Assembly: GCA_029934815.1 (NCBI GenBank)
Contig: JAOZLM010000001.1
Span: forward strand, 41 to 64,040
Length of the DNA: 64,000 bases
Direction of reading: 5' to 3'
DNA from: Desulfocapsa sp.
GTDB taxonomy: Bacteria > Desulfobacterota > Desulfobulbia > Desulfobulbales > Desulfocapsaceae
Within the stretch, counting starts at the first letter, position 1; each line of letters begins with the position of its first letter. The notes beneath the pieces are model-generated. The model was given only the letters and a program-made list of their open reading frames with translations, did not search any database and was not told where the DNA came from. The position numbers were made by a program, and so were the translations under genes. Positions 33,683 to 43,934 of the stretch are shown here, one piece after another.

Positions 33683-33861
33683 GGCTTTAAGAGCTGCTCC
33701 GTTCGCTTGGCTGTAAATTTCTTGATTTTTGTACTCTTTTTTTCCTTCCATTTGTATCATGCGATTTTATCGCAAAAGACTGATACAAATGGAAGGAAGA
33801 AAAGAATAAAAAATGCTACGAAATTTCCAGGATGCCGCTCTCTGAAGCAGATCTTAAAGCC
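33683..33861. repeat. Long bulged hairpin repeat family B, copy 1
   Basis: Nested inverted repeats; shares conserved blocks with 43690..43867. Confidence 0.8.
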
Positions 33862-33922
33862 TTTTGCTTACTCAGTCGATTTCGTGTCTGATGGGTGTTC
33901 TAAATTTTAATTTTTGGTAAAT

Positions 33923-34693
33923 ATGAAAACTCAAAAAGATTTCCCTGAAGGGATGGTACCTCTGGGTAAAAAAGAAAAATTTACGTTTCGTTGCCATTCC
34001 GGAATCGACTGTTATACAGTCTGCTGTAAAAAAGTGGATATGTTTTTGTTTCCTTACGATATCCTCCGTTTAAAAACTTGCTTGAATATTAGTTCCCAGG
34101 AATTTATGGAAAATTATGCCCAAGTGGTTCAGGGGCAAAGTCATCCTTATTTTCCCGCAGTTATGTTGCGACTTACCGAAGACGACGAAAAGGCTTGTCC
34201 ATTTCTCACAGATGATGGTTGTGGAGTTTATGCTGACCGGCCTTCTGCATGTCGTACCTACCCACTGGAACGGGGTGTCGATCGTTCTCCAGAAAAGGGT
34301 GTGAGTAATGAATTCTACTTTATGACAGACAATGATTACTGTCATGGCCACAAGGAAGACAAAGAATTTACCGTTAAAAAATGGACTCGTGATCAGCGAC
34401 TCGATGATTATAACATGATGAATGATCTTTGGGCTGAAGTAGATACTGTTTTCAGCACTAATCCATGGGCAGGTGAAGGGAGCGGCGGGCCTAAACAGCA
34501 AGTTGCATTCACCGTGTGTTACGACATTGATAATTTCAGGTTAATGGTTGCCAAACATTCTCTCCTTGATCGTTTTGCAATTCCTAAAAACCAAAAACGC
34601 CGGATAAAAGATTCAGATAACGAACTATTAAAGTTTGGTTTTGAATGGTTAAAAAACTTCCTTGGCAAACCATCCTCGTTAAGTCCGAAATAA
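33923..34693 (+). CDS. YkgJ-family cysteine-cluster (CxxCxxCC) protein
   Basis: FRCHSGIDCYTVCC, CPFL..GCGVYADRPSACRTYP. Confidence 0.85.
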   Translation: MKTQKDFPEGMVPLGKKEKFTFRCHSGIDCYTVCCKKVDMFLFPYDILRLKTCLNISSQEFMENYAQVVQGQSHPYFPAVMLRLTEDDEKACPFLTDDGCGVYADRPSACRTYPLERGVDRSPEKGVSNEFYFMTDNDYCHGHKEDKEFTVKKWTRDQRLDDYNMMNDLWAEVDTVFSTNPWAGEGSGGPKQQVAFTVCYDIDNFRLMVAKHSLLDRFAIPKNQKRRIKDSDNELLKFGFEWLKNFLGKPSSLSPK

Positions 34694-34814
34694 AATCGTT
34701 TTTCCATAACAATCCTTCGCAAAAACTTGCGTAAAGAGTGAAGCTATGGTAATTGAGAAGGTTTGTTTAGAAACGAAATCGTCCTAAACCACAATGGGTG
34801 GATCAGGACACAAT

Positions 34815-34900
34815 ACACACATCCCACCGTATTCCAGTGTTATCAATTTGATGCATGCATCATTTTCATAATGAAGGAGGGATGGAGGTTTAACTGGAAC
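34815..34900 (+). promoter_or_regulatory. rpsB leader RNA (S2/t44-like), approximate bounds
   Basis: ACACAC followed by a CATCCC...GGGATG stem and GAGG-TTTAAC just upstream of the rpsB RBS. Confidence 0.65.
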
Positions 34901-34911
34901 AGGAGAAACAA

Positions 34912-35754
34912 ATGGCAAAAGTAACAGTAAAAGACATGTTGAAGGCTGGTCTTCATTTCGGTCACCAGACCCGTCGCTGGAATCCTAAGATGAAACCCTA
35001 CATCTATGGACCTCGTAATGGTATTTACATCATCAACCTTGATCGCAGTAAGAAGATGTTTGATGTCGCTTCAGATTTCGTAAACACCGAAATTGAAAAT
35101 GGTGGAAATATCCTTTTCGTTGGTACCAAGCGTCAGGCTGGAAATATAGTAAAAGAAGAAGCAGTGCGTTGTGGTATGCCTTATGTCAACCATCGCTGGC
35201 TTGGTGGTATGATGACTAACTTTCAGACCATCAAAAACTCAATTGAACGTTTAAAGTCTATTGAATCCATGCAGGAAGACGGTTCCATAAATCGTTTCCC
35301 AAAGAAAGAAATCCTGCTTATGGAAAAAGAACGTATTAAGCTTGAGCGTAATGTTGGTGGTATTAAACATATGCGTAATCCGCCAACCGCTATTTTGGTT
35401 ATCGATCCTAAAAATGAAGCAATTGCCATTAACGAAGCACAGAAACTTCATATTCCAATAATCGCACTCACAGATACAAACTGTGATCCTGATGGAATCG
35501 ATTACCTTATCCCCGGAAACGATGATGCTATTCGCTCCATTCGCCTGATTTGTACCCAGATCAGTGACTCTGTTCTTAGCGGTCAGGCTGCAAAAGATGG
35601 TGATGATGCAACTGATGAAGCTATGATGGCTGCCATGGCAGACGCTGGTGATGAGCAGGCTGCTGAAGCCGAGGTTGCTACACCACCAGAAGCTGCCACA
35701 CCTGAAGCTGCTACGCCTGAAGCTGCTAAGCCTGCTGAAGGAGCTGATGCATAA
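34912..35754 (+). CDS. rpsB: 30S ribosomal protein S2
   Basis: [31 protein letters not shown]. Confidence 0.99.
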   Translation: MAKVTVKDMLKAGLHFGHQTRRWNPKMKPYIYGPRNGIYIINLDRSKKMFDVASDFVNTEIENGGNILFVGTKRQAGNIVKEEAVRCGMPYVNHRWLGGMMTNFQTIKNSIERLKSIESMQEDGSINRFPKKEILLMEKERIKLERNVGGIKHMRNPPTAILVIDPKNEAIAINEAQKLHIPIIALTDTNCDPDGIDYLIPGNDDAIRSIRLICTQISDSVLSGQAAKDGDDATDEAMMAAMADAGDEQAAEAEVATPPEAATPEAATPEAAKPAEGADA

Positions 35755-35796
35755 TCAGTTTTGACGCAGGATTTGCGTAATCAGTCTTAACGTAAT

Positions 35797-35823
35797 GCAA
35801 AGGGGCTGTCTCAGCCCCTTTGT
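35797..35823 (+). terminator. Hairpin/terminator between rpsB and tsf
   Basis: CAAAGGGGCTG-TCT-CAGCCCCTTTG perfect stem. Confidence 0.65.
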
Positions 35824-35899
35824 CATGTCTGCCCCTATGTGCTCAACACAGTCGCATGGGGGAACAATATATAACAAAATGAATTATTAGAGGTATAAT

Positions 35900-36493
35900 A
35901 TGAAAATTACAGCCAAAATGGTTAAAGATCTGCGGGATACAACAGCTGCAGGCATGATGGATTGTAAGAAGGCTCTTGGTGAAACTGACGGTGATTTTGA
36001 TAAAGCAGTAGATCTGCTTCGTCAGAAGGGTCTGGCTGTAGCAGCTAAGCGTGCCGGTCGTGAGACCAGTGAAGGAACAATCGAATGTTATATCCATGCT
36101 GGTGGAAAAATTGCTGCCATGGTTGAACTTTCCTGCGAGAGTGATTTCGTTGCCAAGACAGATGGTTTCAAAGAATTTGCCCGTGAGCTTGCTCTTCACG
36201 TTGCAGCTGTTAATCCTGTTGCACTTTCCAAAGAAGACGTGCCGGAAGATGTTATCGCCCGTGAAAAAGAGATCTATGTGCAGCAGGCAATCGATTCCGG
36301 AAAGCCTGAAGCTATTGTAGAAAAAATGGTTGGCGGTAAAATGGACAAATTCCTCAAGGAAATTTGTCTTCTTGATCAGCCTTTTGTAAAAGACCCTGAT
36401 TTTACCATTCAGGAAATGATCACAGATCTGATCGGTAAAATGGGAGAGTCTATCTCCATTAAACGTTTTTCCCGTTTTCAGGTTGGCGCCTGA
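35900..36493 (+). CDS. tsf: Elongation factor Ts (short form)
   Basis: AGMMDCKKAL, CESDFVAK; 197 aa. Confidence 0.98.
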   Translation: MKITAKMVKDLRDTTAAGMMDCKKALGETDGDFDKAVDLLRQKGLAVAAKRAGRETSEGTIECYIHAGGKIAAMVELSCESDFVAKTDGFKEFARELALHVAAVNPVALSKEDVPEDVIAREKEIYVQQAIDSGKPEAIVEKMVGGKMDKFLKEICLLDQPFVKDPDFTIQEMITDLIGKMGESISIKRFSRFQVGA

Positions 36494-36550
36494 TTGTCAG
36501 AAAGCAGAAATCAGTTGTGAGAAATCAATTAAATACCCAAAGGAGTTTTT

Positions 36551-37261
36551 ATGGCGTTGAAATATAAAAGAATCCTCTTGAAATTGAGTGGTGAAGCCCT
36601 TATGGGTGGAGACTCCTTTGGTATTAATACCGATGTTCTTGATGAAATATCTGCTGAGATTAAAGAAGTCATCGATATGGGTGTGGAAACAGGAATTGTC
36701 ATTGGTGCCGGGAATATCTTTCGCGGTGTGAAAGGAGCCAGTCAGGGAATGGACAGAACAGCTGCTGACAATATGGGAATGCTTGCAACTGTGATCAATT
36801 CACTTGCGCTGCAGGATGCTCTTGAGAGAAACGGAGTAGTTACCCGTGTTATGTCTGCAATCCCCATGCGTCTTGTTTGTGAACCCTATATTCGTCGACG
36901 TGCTACCAGGCATCTGGAGAAAGGACGTGCCGTGATTTTTGCAGCCGGTACAGGTAATCCATATTTTACAACTGACTCTGCCGGAGTACTTCGTGCTCTT
37001 GAAATCGATGCCGATGTGATCATTAAGGCAACTAAAGTTGATGGTGTCTATGATAAAGATCCCGTTGTACACGCTGATGCTGTAAAATTTGAGACCTTGA
37101 CCTATGATGATGTACTGTCGAAAAATCTACGTGTTATGGATGCTGCCGGTATAGCTCTGGCCAAGGAAGATTCAAAACCCATTATGGTTTTGAATATGAC
37201 CGTCTCCGGCAATATTAAACGTGCGGTCAATGGTGAAGAGATAGGAACTGTAATTAACTAG
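36551..37261 (+). CDS. pyrH: Uridylate kinase
   Basis: [20 protein letters not shown]. Confidence 0.99.
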   Translation: MALKYKRILLKLSGEALMGGDSFGINTDVLDEISAEIKEVIDMGVETGIVIGAGNIFRGVKGASQGMDRTAADNMGMLATVINSLALQDALERNGVVTRVMSAIPMRLVCEPYIRRRATRHLEKGRAVIFAAGTGNPYFTTDSAGVLRALEIDADVIIKATKVDGVYDKDPVVHADAVKFETLTYDDVLSKNLRVMDAAGIALAKEDSKPIMVLNMTVSGNIKRAVNGEEIGTVIN

Positions 37262-37328
37262 TGTGTGAAAATAGAACAATGACGTTTTTGTCGTTCTTTT
37301 TTACATTCCCTTTGATGGAGAACCGGAT

Positions 37329-37883
37329 ATGAGTGAAGTGCTGAAAGATGCAGCTGATAAGATGCAGAAAAGCGTAGAAGCATTTAAGCAAGAGCTGTCC
37401 AAAATACGAACTGGCCGTGCTTCAATCTCACTTCTTGATGGTATTTCTGTTGATGCCTATGGATCAATGCTGCCCATGAATCAGGTGGCCACAATGACCA
37501 TTCCTGAAAGCCGGATGATTGCTATTCAGCCCTGGGATCCGCAAATGGTTCCAGCCATTGAAAAAGCGATTATGAAGTCTAACCTTGGTCTGGCTCCTGC
37601 CAATGATGGGAAAGTTATTCGTTTAAATATTCCGCAACTGACCGAAGAACGACGTAAAGAACTTGTTAAACAGGCTCGTAAGACTGCTGAGGAATTTCGG
37701 GTTGCTGTTCGTAATGTGCGTCGTGAAGGTATTGATGTCGTGAAGAAGCAGAAGAATGATAAAGAGATCTCAGAAGATGATCTTTTTAAATTTCAGGATG
37801 CTGTTCAGGCTGAGACTGATAAACACGTTAAGCAAATCGACGAAATAACAGATAATAAAGAAACAGAAATGATGGAAGTGTGA
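37329..37883 (+). CDS. frr: Ribosome recycling factor
   Basis: IRTGRAS, PQLTEERRKELVK, VRNVRR. Confidence 0.99.
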   Translation: MSEVLKDAADKMQKSVEAFKQELSKIRTGRASISLLDGISVDAYGSMLPMNQVATMTIPESRMIAIQPWDPQMVPAIEKAIMKSNLGLAPANDGKVIRLNIPQLTEERRKELVKQARKTAEEFRVAVRNVRREGIDVVKKQKNDKEISEDDLFKFQDAVQAETDKHVKQIDEITDNKETEMMEV

Positions 37884-38009
37884 TGGATTCATAAAAATTC
37901 TTCATCTTCTTCGTTGCTGCGAATTAAATATCATTTCGACGTACTACAGTACGCCGAAATGGATATTTAATTTGCGCGCCTCGAATATGAAGTTTTTTAT
38001 AAACCCATC
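37882..38009 (-). mobile_element. MITE-like hairpin repeat family A, inverted shorter copy
   Basis: Reverse complement reads GATGGGTTTATAAAAAACTTCATATTCGAGG...GGCGTAC...GTACGTCG...ACGAAGAAGATGAAGAATTTTTATGAATCCATC, matching 18650..18775. Confidence 0.75.
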
Positions 38010-38061
38010 TTTGCTTGTAAAGTTGTAAAATGATTTTCCTTCACAATTTGTTTATTCCACT

Positions 38062-38808
38062 ATGCCAATCCCCGATTCATTAGATCCTGAAAACATTCCC
38101 CGTCATGTTGCCATTATTATGGATGGTAATGGGCGTTGGGCGAAACGACAGGGGAAACCACGTCTGTTTGGCCATAAGAATGGTGTCACTTCTGTTCAGG
38201 AAATTGTGGAATGTGCGGGTGATTTAGGGGTTAAGGTACTCACCCTTTATGCTTTTTCCACTGAGAACTGGAAACGTCCGGCCGATGAAGTTGGCGGGCT
38301 TATGGGCCTCTTAAAGATTTATCTCCAGAAAGAGCTCACGAAGATGGTGAAAAATTCCATCCGCCTGACCTGTATCGGAGATATTGCAAAACTTCCAAAA
38401 GATGTTCGTGATGTGCTGGAAAACACCAAGCAGCAGACGGCGAACAATACAAAACTAACATTGAATCTGGCTCTTAGTTACGGTGGTCGTGCAGAAATGA
38501 TTCAGGCTGTTCAGCAGATTGCTATAGATGTCCGTGATGGCGATCTGGAAGTATCTGCCATTGATGAGGCATTGATTGATTCCCATCTCTACACTGCCCA
38601 CCTTCCTGATCCTGATCTCCTGATTCGAACAGGAGGAGAAGCGCGTTTGTCAAATTTTCTTCTGTGGCAGGCTTCTTATTCCGAAATATATTTTACCGAT
38701 ACAATGTGGCCTGATTTTAGACGGGATGCTTTTTGTAAAGCAATTGAAGAATTCCAGAGCCGTGAAAGGCGTTTTGGTAAAACCAGTGCACAGGTTGAGA
38801 GTGGGTAA
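38062..38808 (+). CDS. uppS: Undecaprenyl diphosphate synthase
   Basis: HVAIIMDGNGRWA, YAFSTENWKRP, RLSNFLLWQ. Confidence 0.98.
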   Translation: MPIPDSLDPENIPRHVAIIMDGNGRWAKRQGKPRLFGHKNGVTSVQEIVECAGDLGVKVLTLYAFSTENWKRPADEVGGLMGLLKIYLQKELTKMVKNSIRLTCIGDIAKLPKDVRDVLENTKQQTANNTKLTLNLALSYGGRAEMIQAVQQIAIDVRDGDLEVSAIDEALIDSHLYTAHLPDPDLLIRTGGEARLSNFLLWQASYSEIYFTDTMWPDFRRDAFCKAIEEFQSRERRFGKTSAQVESG

Positions 38809-38812
38809 CTAA

Positions 38813-39613
38813 ATGAACCGAGTTCTTCCAGGCCTTGCGCTTGCCATCTGCTGGCTTCTTCTTCTTTTAAAGGGTTCCTCAGTGCTGTTTGCTGTTGTTC
38901 TCCTGCCTGCTCTTGCCATTGGTGCCTACGAGTATGGAAGAATGTCTCTTCCCCAAGACTCATTTAAGCAAGCTGCTTTTTTAGCACTTCTTTCTGTTTT
39001 TCCACTTATTTTCCAACTTTTCTACCCAGAACCTGGGCTTGTTTGTGGCTTTGTTCTTGGATTTATACTCCTCGCTTTCTGGACTCTTGCCACTTACCGC
39101 GAAGGATTTGATAGTTATGGTTTTCTTGCCCGTGGAACTTTTGGGCTGGTCTGGGTCGGTTTTATGGGTGCGCATCTGTATCTGATTCGCTGTCTGCCAG
39201 AAGGAAATGCATGGCTTTTGATTCTGACTGGCATCACTGCAGGATCAGATTCCGGAGCCTATTACGTCGGACGAGCTTTTGGAAAACGTAAGCTCAGTTC
39301 ACTTATCAGCCCAAAGAAAACTGTTGAGGGAGCTGCTGGCGGGATAGTGACCGGTGTCCTTGTTGCAGGCCTTCTTGCCTTTTTACTTCTCGATACTGTT
39401 CCCTGGATCTTCATTGTAGTTACGGCAGTCATTTTAGGTGCAATTGGTATTTGTGGAGATCTCACCGAATCTGTTATTAAACGTGCCACTGGCACAAAAG
39501 ATTCAGGTACTATTCTTGGTGGTCATGGTGGAATCCTCGATCGAGCCGATTCCATGCTTTTTGCCGCCCCTGTACTCTATTATCTTCTACTGATCTGTTT
39601 TTCCCAGGCTTAA
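38813..39613 (+). CDS. cdsA: Phosphatidate cytidylyltransferase
   Basis: SPKKTVEG, GDLTESVIKR..KDSG..GHGGILDRADS. Confidence 0.96.
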   Translation: MNRVLPGLALAICWLLLLLKGSSVLFAVVLLPALAIGAYEYGRMSLPQDSFKQAAFLALLSVFPLIFQLFYPEPGLVCGFVLGFILLAFWTLATYREGFDSYGFLARGTFGLVWVGFMGAHLYLIRCLPEGNAWLLILTGITAGSDSGAYYVGRAFGKRKLSSLISPKKTVEGAAGGIVTGVLVAGLLAFLLLDTVPWIFIVVTAVILGAIGICGDLTESVIKRATGTKDSGTILGGHGGILDRADSMLFAAPVLYYLLLICFSQA

Positions 39614-39616
39614 AGT

Positions 39617-40777
39617 ATGAAAACTCTCTCTCTTCTAGGTTCAACAGGATCCATCGGTTGCAATGTACTCGATGTTGTGCGCAGTTTTCCTGATCGCTAT
39701 CAGATCTGTGGACTGGCAGCTGGTAAAAATATTTCAAAACTCTCTGAACAGGTTCTTGAGTTTGATCCGGAATGCATTTCAGTGGCAGACGAAAGTGGTG
39801 CAGAAAAGCTGAAACGCGAATTGCCTCTCAAATATAGTGATCGTATCCTTTTCGGAACATCCGGAAGTGAGGAAGTGGCAGCCTTAGCTCCTGCCGATAT
39901 GACAATTTCAGCAATTGTTGGTGCTGCTGGATTGCTTCCAACCCTCGCAGCCATTGAGGCTGGAAAGGACATTGGTCTTGCCAATAAAGAAACACTGGTC
40001 ATGGCAGGCAAGATCGTTATGGATGCCTGCAAGCGTAAAAAAATAAAGTTGCTGCCCGTTGATTCTGAACACAGCGCTATTTTTCAATCGCTTGAAGCCG
40101 GGCGCAGGCAGGATGTTGCCAAAATTATTTTAACAGCATCCGGCGGCCCCTTCCGAGAGAGGAGTTACGAAGAACTGCAAAACGTAACTCCTGCCCAGGC
40201 GCTGAATCATCCAAACTGGGATATGGGACAAAAGATTTCCATTGATTCTGCAACCCTTATGAACAAGGGGCTGGAAGTAATAGAGGCCAAATGGCTTTTT
40301 GATATGTCCGTTGATACCATTGATGTGGTTGTTCACCCGCAATCAATCGTTCACTCCCTTGTTGAGTTTCAGGATGGGTCGGTAATCGCCCAACTTGGCA
40401 TTCCGGATATGCGTATTCCTATCGCTTATGCTTTATCCTACCCAAGACGTCTTGCCATGGATTTACCCGGATTAAATCTCGCGCAGTGTTCAACGCTTGA
40501 ATTCCACGAGCCAAACCTTGAACGTTTTCCCGCCCTTTCACTTGCTTTTCAGGCAATAGAATATGGTGGTGTGTTACCCGCAGTGCTGAACGCTGCAAAT
40601 GAAGTTGCCGTAGCTGCATTCCTAAGCGATGCGATTTCTTTCCTTGATATTGCCGCAACCGTGGCTACAGTAATGGAAAAGGTTTCCTCCGGTAGCGAAG
40701 ATTCCCTAGATGATATTTTACAGGCTGATACACAGGCACGGGAAGTAGCCAGCGCGATTATCAGCAGCAAATCATAA
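39617..40777 (+). CDS. dxr: 1-deoxy-D-xylulose 5-phosphate reductoisomerase
   Basis: [26 protein letters not shown]. Confidence 0.99.
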   Translation: MKTLSLLGSTGSIGCNVLDVVRSFPDRYQICGLAAGKNISKLSEQVLEFDPECISVADESGAEKLKRELPLKYSDRILFGTSGSEEVAALAPADMTISAIVGAAGLLPTLAAIEAGKDIGLANKETLVMAGKIVMDACKRKKIKLLPVDSEHSAIFQSLEAGRRQDVAKIILTASGGPFRERSYEELQNVTPAQALNHPNWDMGQKISIDSATLMNKGLEVIEAKWLFDMSVDTIDVVVHPQSIVHSLVEFQDGSVIAQLGIPDMRIPIAYALSYPRRLAMDLPGLNLAQCSTLEFHEPNLERFPALSLAFQAIEYGGVLPAVLNAANEVAVAAFLSDAISFLDIAATVATVMEKVSSGSEDSLDDILQADTQAREVASAIISSKS

Positions 40778-40810
40778 GTTAAAACACTCTTAAACCGTTA
40801 AGGTTTTTTT

Positions 40811-41887
40811 ATGAATACAATAGTCTCGTTTATAGTTGTTCTTGGTATCCTGATCTTTGTTCACGAACTTGGACATTTCCTGTTTGCTAAACTGTTCAAA
40901 GTGAAGGTGCTCAAATTTTCTTTGGGCTTTGGCCCCAAAATATTTGGTAAAACCATTGGCGATACCGAATACCTGCTAAGCGCCTTTCCCCTTGGCGGAT
41001 ACGTGAAAATGTTCGGAGAAAATCCGGATGAGCAGGAAGGTGCAGTAGCAGAAAAAGAAGTCTCTTTTGCCCATAAAAAAGTGTGGCAGCGATTTCTCAT
41101 TGTTTTTGCAGGACCTCTGTTTAATCTGCTATTCACTGTCTTCCTCTTTTTTATGATCTTTTTCATTGTGGGGCTACCTGACAGTCGTGACACAACACGC
41201 ATTGGACAGGTGAACCCTGATTCCCCCGCAGCAATTGCCGGAGTACAGGTGGACGATACCATCCTGTCTATTAACGGTACTCCCACCATGGAGTGGATGG
41301 ATGTCTTAAATCTTGTAAAAGATTCAGGCGGAAATGAACTTCAATTTACCGTTGCCAGAGGAAGTGAAGATATCAAAATAGTGGTCACTCCCAAAGAGTT
41401 ACCGGTGAAAAACATTTTTGGCGAAGAAGTCGAACAGCGTTATATGATAGGTATCGTCAAAGCCGATGAACTTTTTTATACTTCAACAGGAATAATCGGT
41501 GCGACACAAGCCGCTTTCTCCCAGACATGGATGTATATCAGTCTCACAGCCCTTAGCTTTGTCAAACTGGCTCAACAGGTGGTACCCGTTTCCGAACTGG
41601 GCGGCCCTATTCTAATAGCCCAGATAGCCGGTAAACAGATGCAGGCAGGGTGGATAAACTTTCTCTTTTTTATGGGACTGCTCAGTGTTAACCTTGGACT
41701 CTTAAACTTACTTCCCATTCCGGTTTTGGATGGTGGACATCTGATGTTCCTGACCATTGAAGCAATTCGTCGTAAACCACTTACAGAAAAACTACAAATT
41801 GTAGCACAGCAAATGGGAATGGCGCTTCTTGGTGTGCTAATGATTTTTGTCTTCTATAATGATCTGATCAGGATTTTTAGCTCGTGA
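40811..41887 (+). CDS. rseP: RIP metalloprotease RseP
   Basis: HELGH, PDZ domain, NLLPIPVLDGGH. Confidence 0.97.
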   Translation: MNTIVSFIVVLGILIFVHELGHFLFAKLFKVKVLKFSLGFGPKIFGKTIGDTEYLLSAFPLGGYVKMFGENPDEQEGAVAEKEVSFAHKKVWQRFLIVFAGPLFNLLFTVFLFFMIFFIVGLPDSRDTTRIGQVNPDSPAAIAGVQVDDTILSINGTPTMEWMDVLNLVKDSGGNELQFTVARGSEDIKIVVTPKELPVKNIFGEEVEQRYMIGIVKADELFYTSTGIIGATQAAFSQTWMYISLTALSFVKLAQQVVPVSELGGPILIAQIAGKQMQAGWINFLFFMGLLSVNLGLLNLLPIPVLDGGHLMFLTIEAIRRKPLTEKLQIVAQQMGMALLGVLMIFVFYNDLIRIFSS

Positions 41888-42597
41888 GTGAAGACGCTCC
41901 ACTTATCCTGGCCGTTGATACTGCAAGTCCGTGCAGTTCTGTGGCACTAACCACTGGGAATGTACAAAACGGCACTCTGCTGGCATCACTTAGCTTAAAT
42001 TCAAAAGTAACTCATTCCCGTCGTCTGCTTTCCGGTATCGACTGGCTTTTGCAGGAAAATGGTGTGCAACTGGCTGATATTGATGGCTTAGGAGTAGGGC
42101 TTGGCCCCGGATCCTTCACAGGTTTACGCATAGGAATGGCCACCATGAAGGGTCTGGCAACAGCCATGGAGAAACCGCTTCTTGGTGTCTCAACGCTCGA
42201 TGGTCTCGCATTTAGCTGTTCAGGAAATGCGCCTTTATGTGCATTACTTGATGCCAGAAAACAGGAAGTGTATCGCAGGTGGTATAAACAGGATACACAA
42301 GGGATTTATAGAGAAGATGGCCCCATTGAAGCCCTCAGCCCGGTCACCTTTGTAAGTGAAATATCAGAAGAATGTCAGCTGGTTGGTGATGGTGTATTTG
42401 TTCTCGGACAGGATGCTTTAGACACTGTCAGAGATTGGGTAACTATTGTACCAGCCCCCTTGCACTATATTAATGCCGCATCCATCGCTTTCCTTTGTTG
42501 TGAGCAATTACAAAAGAATGAAATCATGGATCCTGATTCTGCCGTTCCACTTTATGTGCGGGCATCAGATGCAGAGCTCAGTTTAAAGAAAAAGTGA
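41884..42597 (+). CDS. tsaB: tRNA threonylcarbamoyladenosine biosynthesis protein TsaB
   Basis: LAVDTA, GPGSFTGLRIG, DARKQEVY, PLYVR. Confidence 0.96.
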   Translation: MSEDAPLILAVDTASPCSSVALTTGNVQNGTLLASLSLNSKVTHSRRLLSGIDWLLQENGVQLADIDGLGVGLGPGSFTGLRIGMATMKGLATAMEKPLLGVSTLDGLAFSCSGNAPLCALLDARKQEVYRRWYKQDTQGIYREDGPIEALSPVTFVSEISEECQLVGDGVFVLGQDALDTVRDWVTIVPAPLHYINAASIAFLCCEQLQKNEIMDPDSAVPLYVRASDAELSLKKK

Positions 42598-42607
42598 GTA
42601 TATAACT

Positions 42608-43678
42608 ATGATTCTTAGACGTCAGACCAGGCAGATACACATAGGTAACGTGGCCGTTGGTGGAAACAGCCCAATTTCCGTTCAGTCCATGACCAATACT
42701 GATACAAGGGACGTTGCAGCAACAGTTGCCCAAATAGAAAAATTACAGGATGCCGGTTGTGAAATTATCCGGGTGGCAGTTCTTGATAAAGATGCAGCTC
42801 TTGCCATAAAAAAAATACGCGAAAAAATTCTGATCCCACTTATTGCTGATATTCATTTTGATCATCGTCTGGCTGTGGCCGCCATGGAAAGTGGCGCACA
42901 GGGTATTCGGATTAATCCCGGTAATCTTGGTGGTCCTGAAAAACTCAGCAAAGTTGTGGACGCTGCCAAGGCACACAAAGTACCAATTAGAGTTGGGGTC
43001 AATTCAGGATCAATCGAAAAGGATCTGTTGAAAGAGTTTGGCTATCCCACTGAAGATAATCCCAAATCTCTTATTGAAAGTGCTCTTAGAAATGTACGGC
43101 TTCTTGAGAAACAGGGTTTTGAAGAAATTAAAATATCCATTAAATCATCTGACACATTAACTTGCATAAGCGGCTATCAACAGCTCTCAACACTTAGTGA
43201 TTATCCGTTGCATATTGGTGTAACTGAGGCCGGTGGCCTGATTGCAGGAACTGTTAAATCAAGTGTTGCACTTGGTATTTTACTGCATCAGGGAATAGGA
43301 GATACCTTTCGTATTTCCCTTACCCGTGATCCGGTGGAAGAGATTCGTGTTGGTTTTGAACTGCTCAGATCTCTTAAAATTCGTGAACGTGGCCCTGAAC
43401 TCATCTCTTGCCCGACCTGTGGGCGTACGCAGATAGATCTCTTTTCCATTGCTGAAGAAGTGGAAAAGTATGTTCAGACTATGCAAAAGAAAGTTAAAGT
43501 TGCTGTTATGGGCTGTGTGGTTAATGGCCCCGGTGAAGCAAAAGAGGCTGATATCGGTCTTGCGGGTGGGAATGGTGTAGGCATTATTTTTAAGAAAGGT
43601 GTGCTCTATAAGAAAGTGAAGGAAGATGATTTGCTTGAGACTTTTCTTGATGAATTGAAAAAGATTGAAGCTTCATGA
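42608..43678 (+). CDS. ispG: HMBPP synthase IspG
   Basis: VQSMTNT, ADIHF, RINPGN, SCPTCGR, MGCVVNGPGE. Confidence 0.99.
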   Translation: MILRRQTRQIHIGNVAVGGNSPISVQSMTNTDTRDVAATVAQIEKLQDAGCEIIRVAVLDKDAALAIKKIREKILIPLIADIHFDHRLAVAAMESGAQGIRINPGNLGGPEKLSKVVDAAKAHKVPIRVGVNSGSIEKDLLKEFGYPTEDNPKSLIESALRNVRLLEKQGFEEIKISIKSSDTLTCISGYQQLSTLSDYPLHIGVTEAGGLIAGTVKSSVALGILLHQGIGDTFRISLTRDPVEEIRVGFELLRSLKIRERGPELISCPTCGRTQIDLFSIAEEVEKYVQTMQKKVKVAVMGCVVNGPGEAKEADIGLAGGNGVGIIFKKGVLYKKVKEDDLLETFLDELKKIEAS

Positions 43679-43689
43679 TGATTGGGTAC

Positions 43690-43867
43690 GGATTTTAGCT
43701 GTGCCTCCGTCTGCTTAGCTGTAAATTTCTTGATTTTCAACTATTGTTTCATCCAATTTGTATCATGCGAGATTCTCGCAAAGACTGATACAAATTGGAT
43801 GAAACAATAGTAAGAAAATGCTACGAAATTTTCCAGAATGACGCAGCCGGAGGCACAGCTAAAATCC
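43690..43867. repeat. Long bulged hairpin repeat family B, copy 2
   Basis: Perfect 20-bp outer and 25-bp inner inverted repeats; blocks shared with 33683..33861. Confidence 0.85.
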
Positions 43868-43934
43868 TTTTGCCCGTGACAGAAGTTATGCGCTCTCCCT
43901 CTATCAAAAACTTAGAATTTAAAAAACATATATT

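Noticed and set aside
33617-33910. 97-aa ORF after rplQ
   Set aside because: It runs across the terminator and hairpin repeat B and has no RBS or motif.
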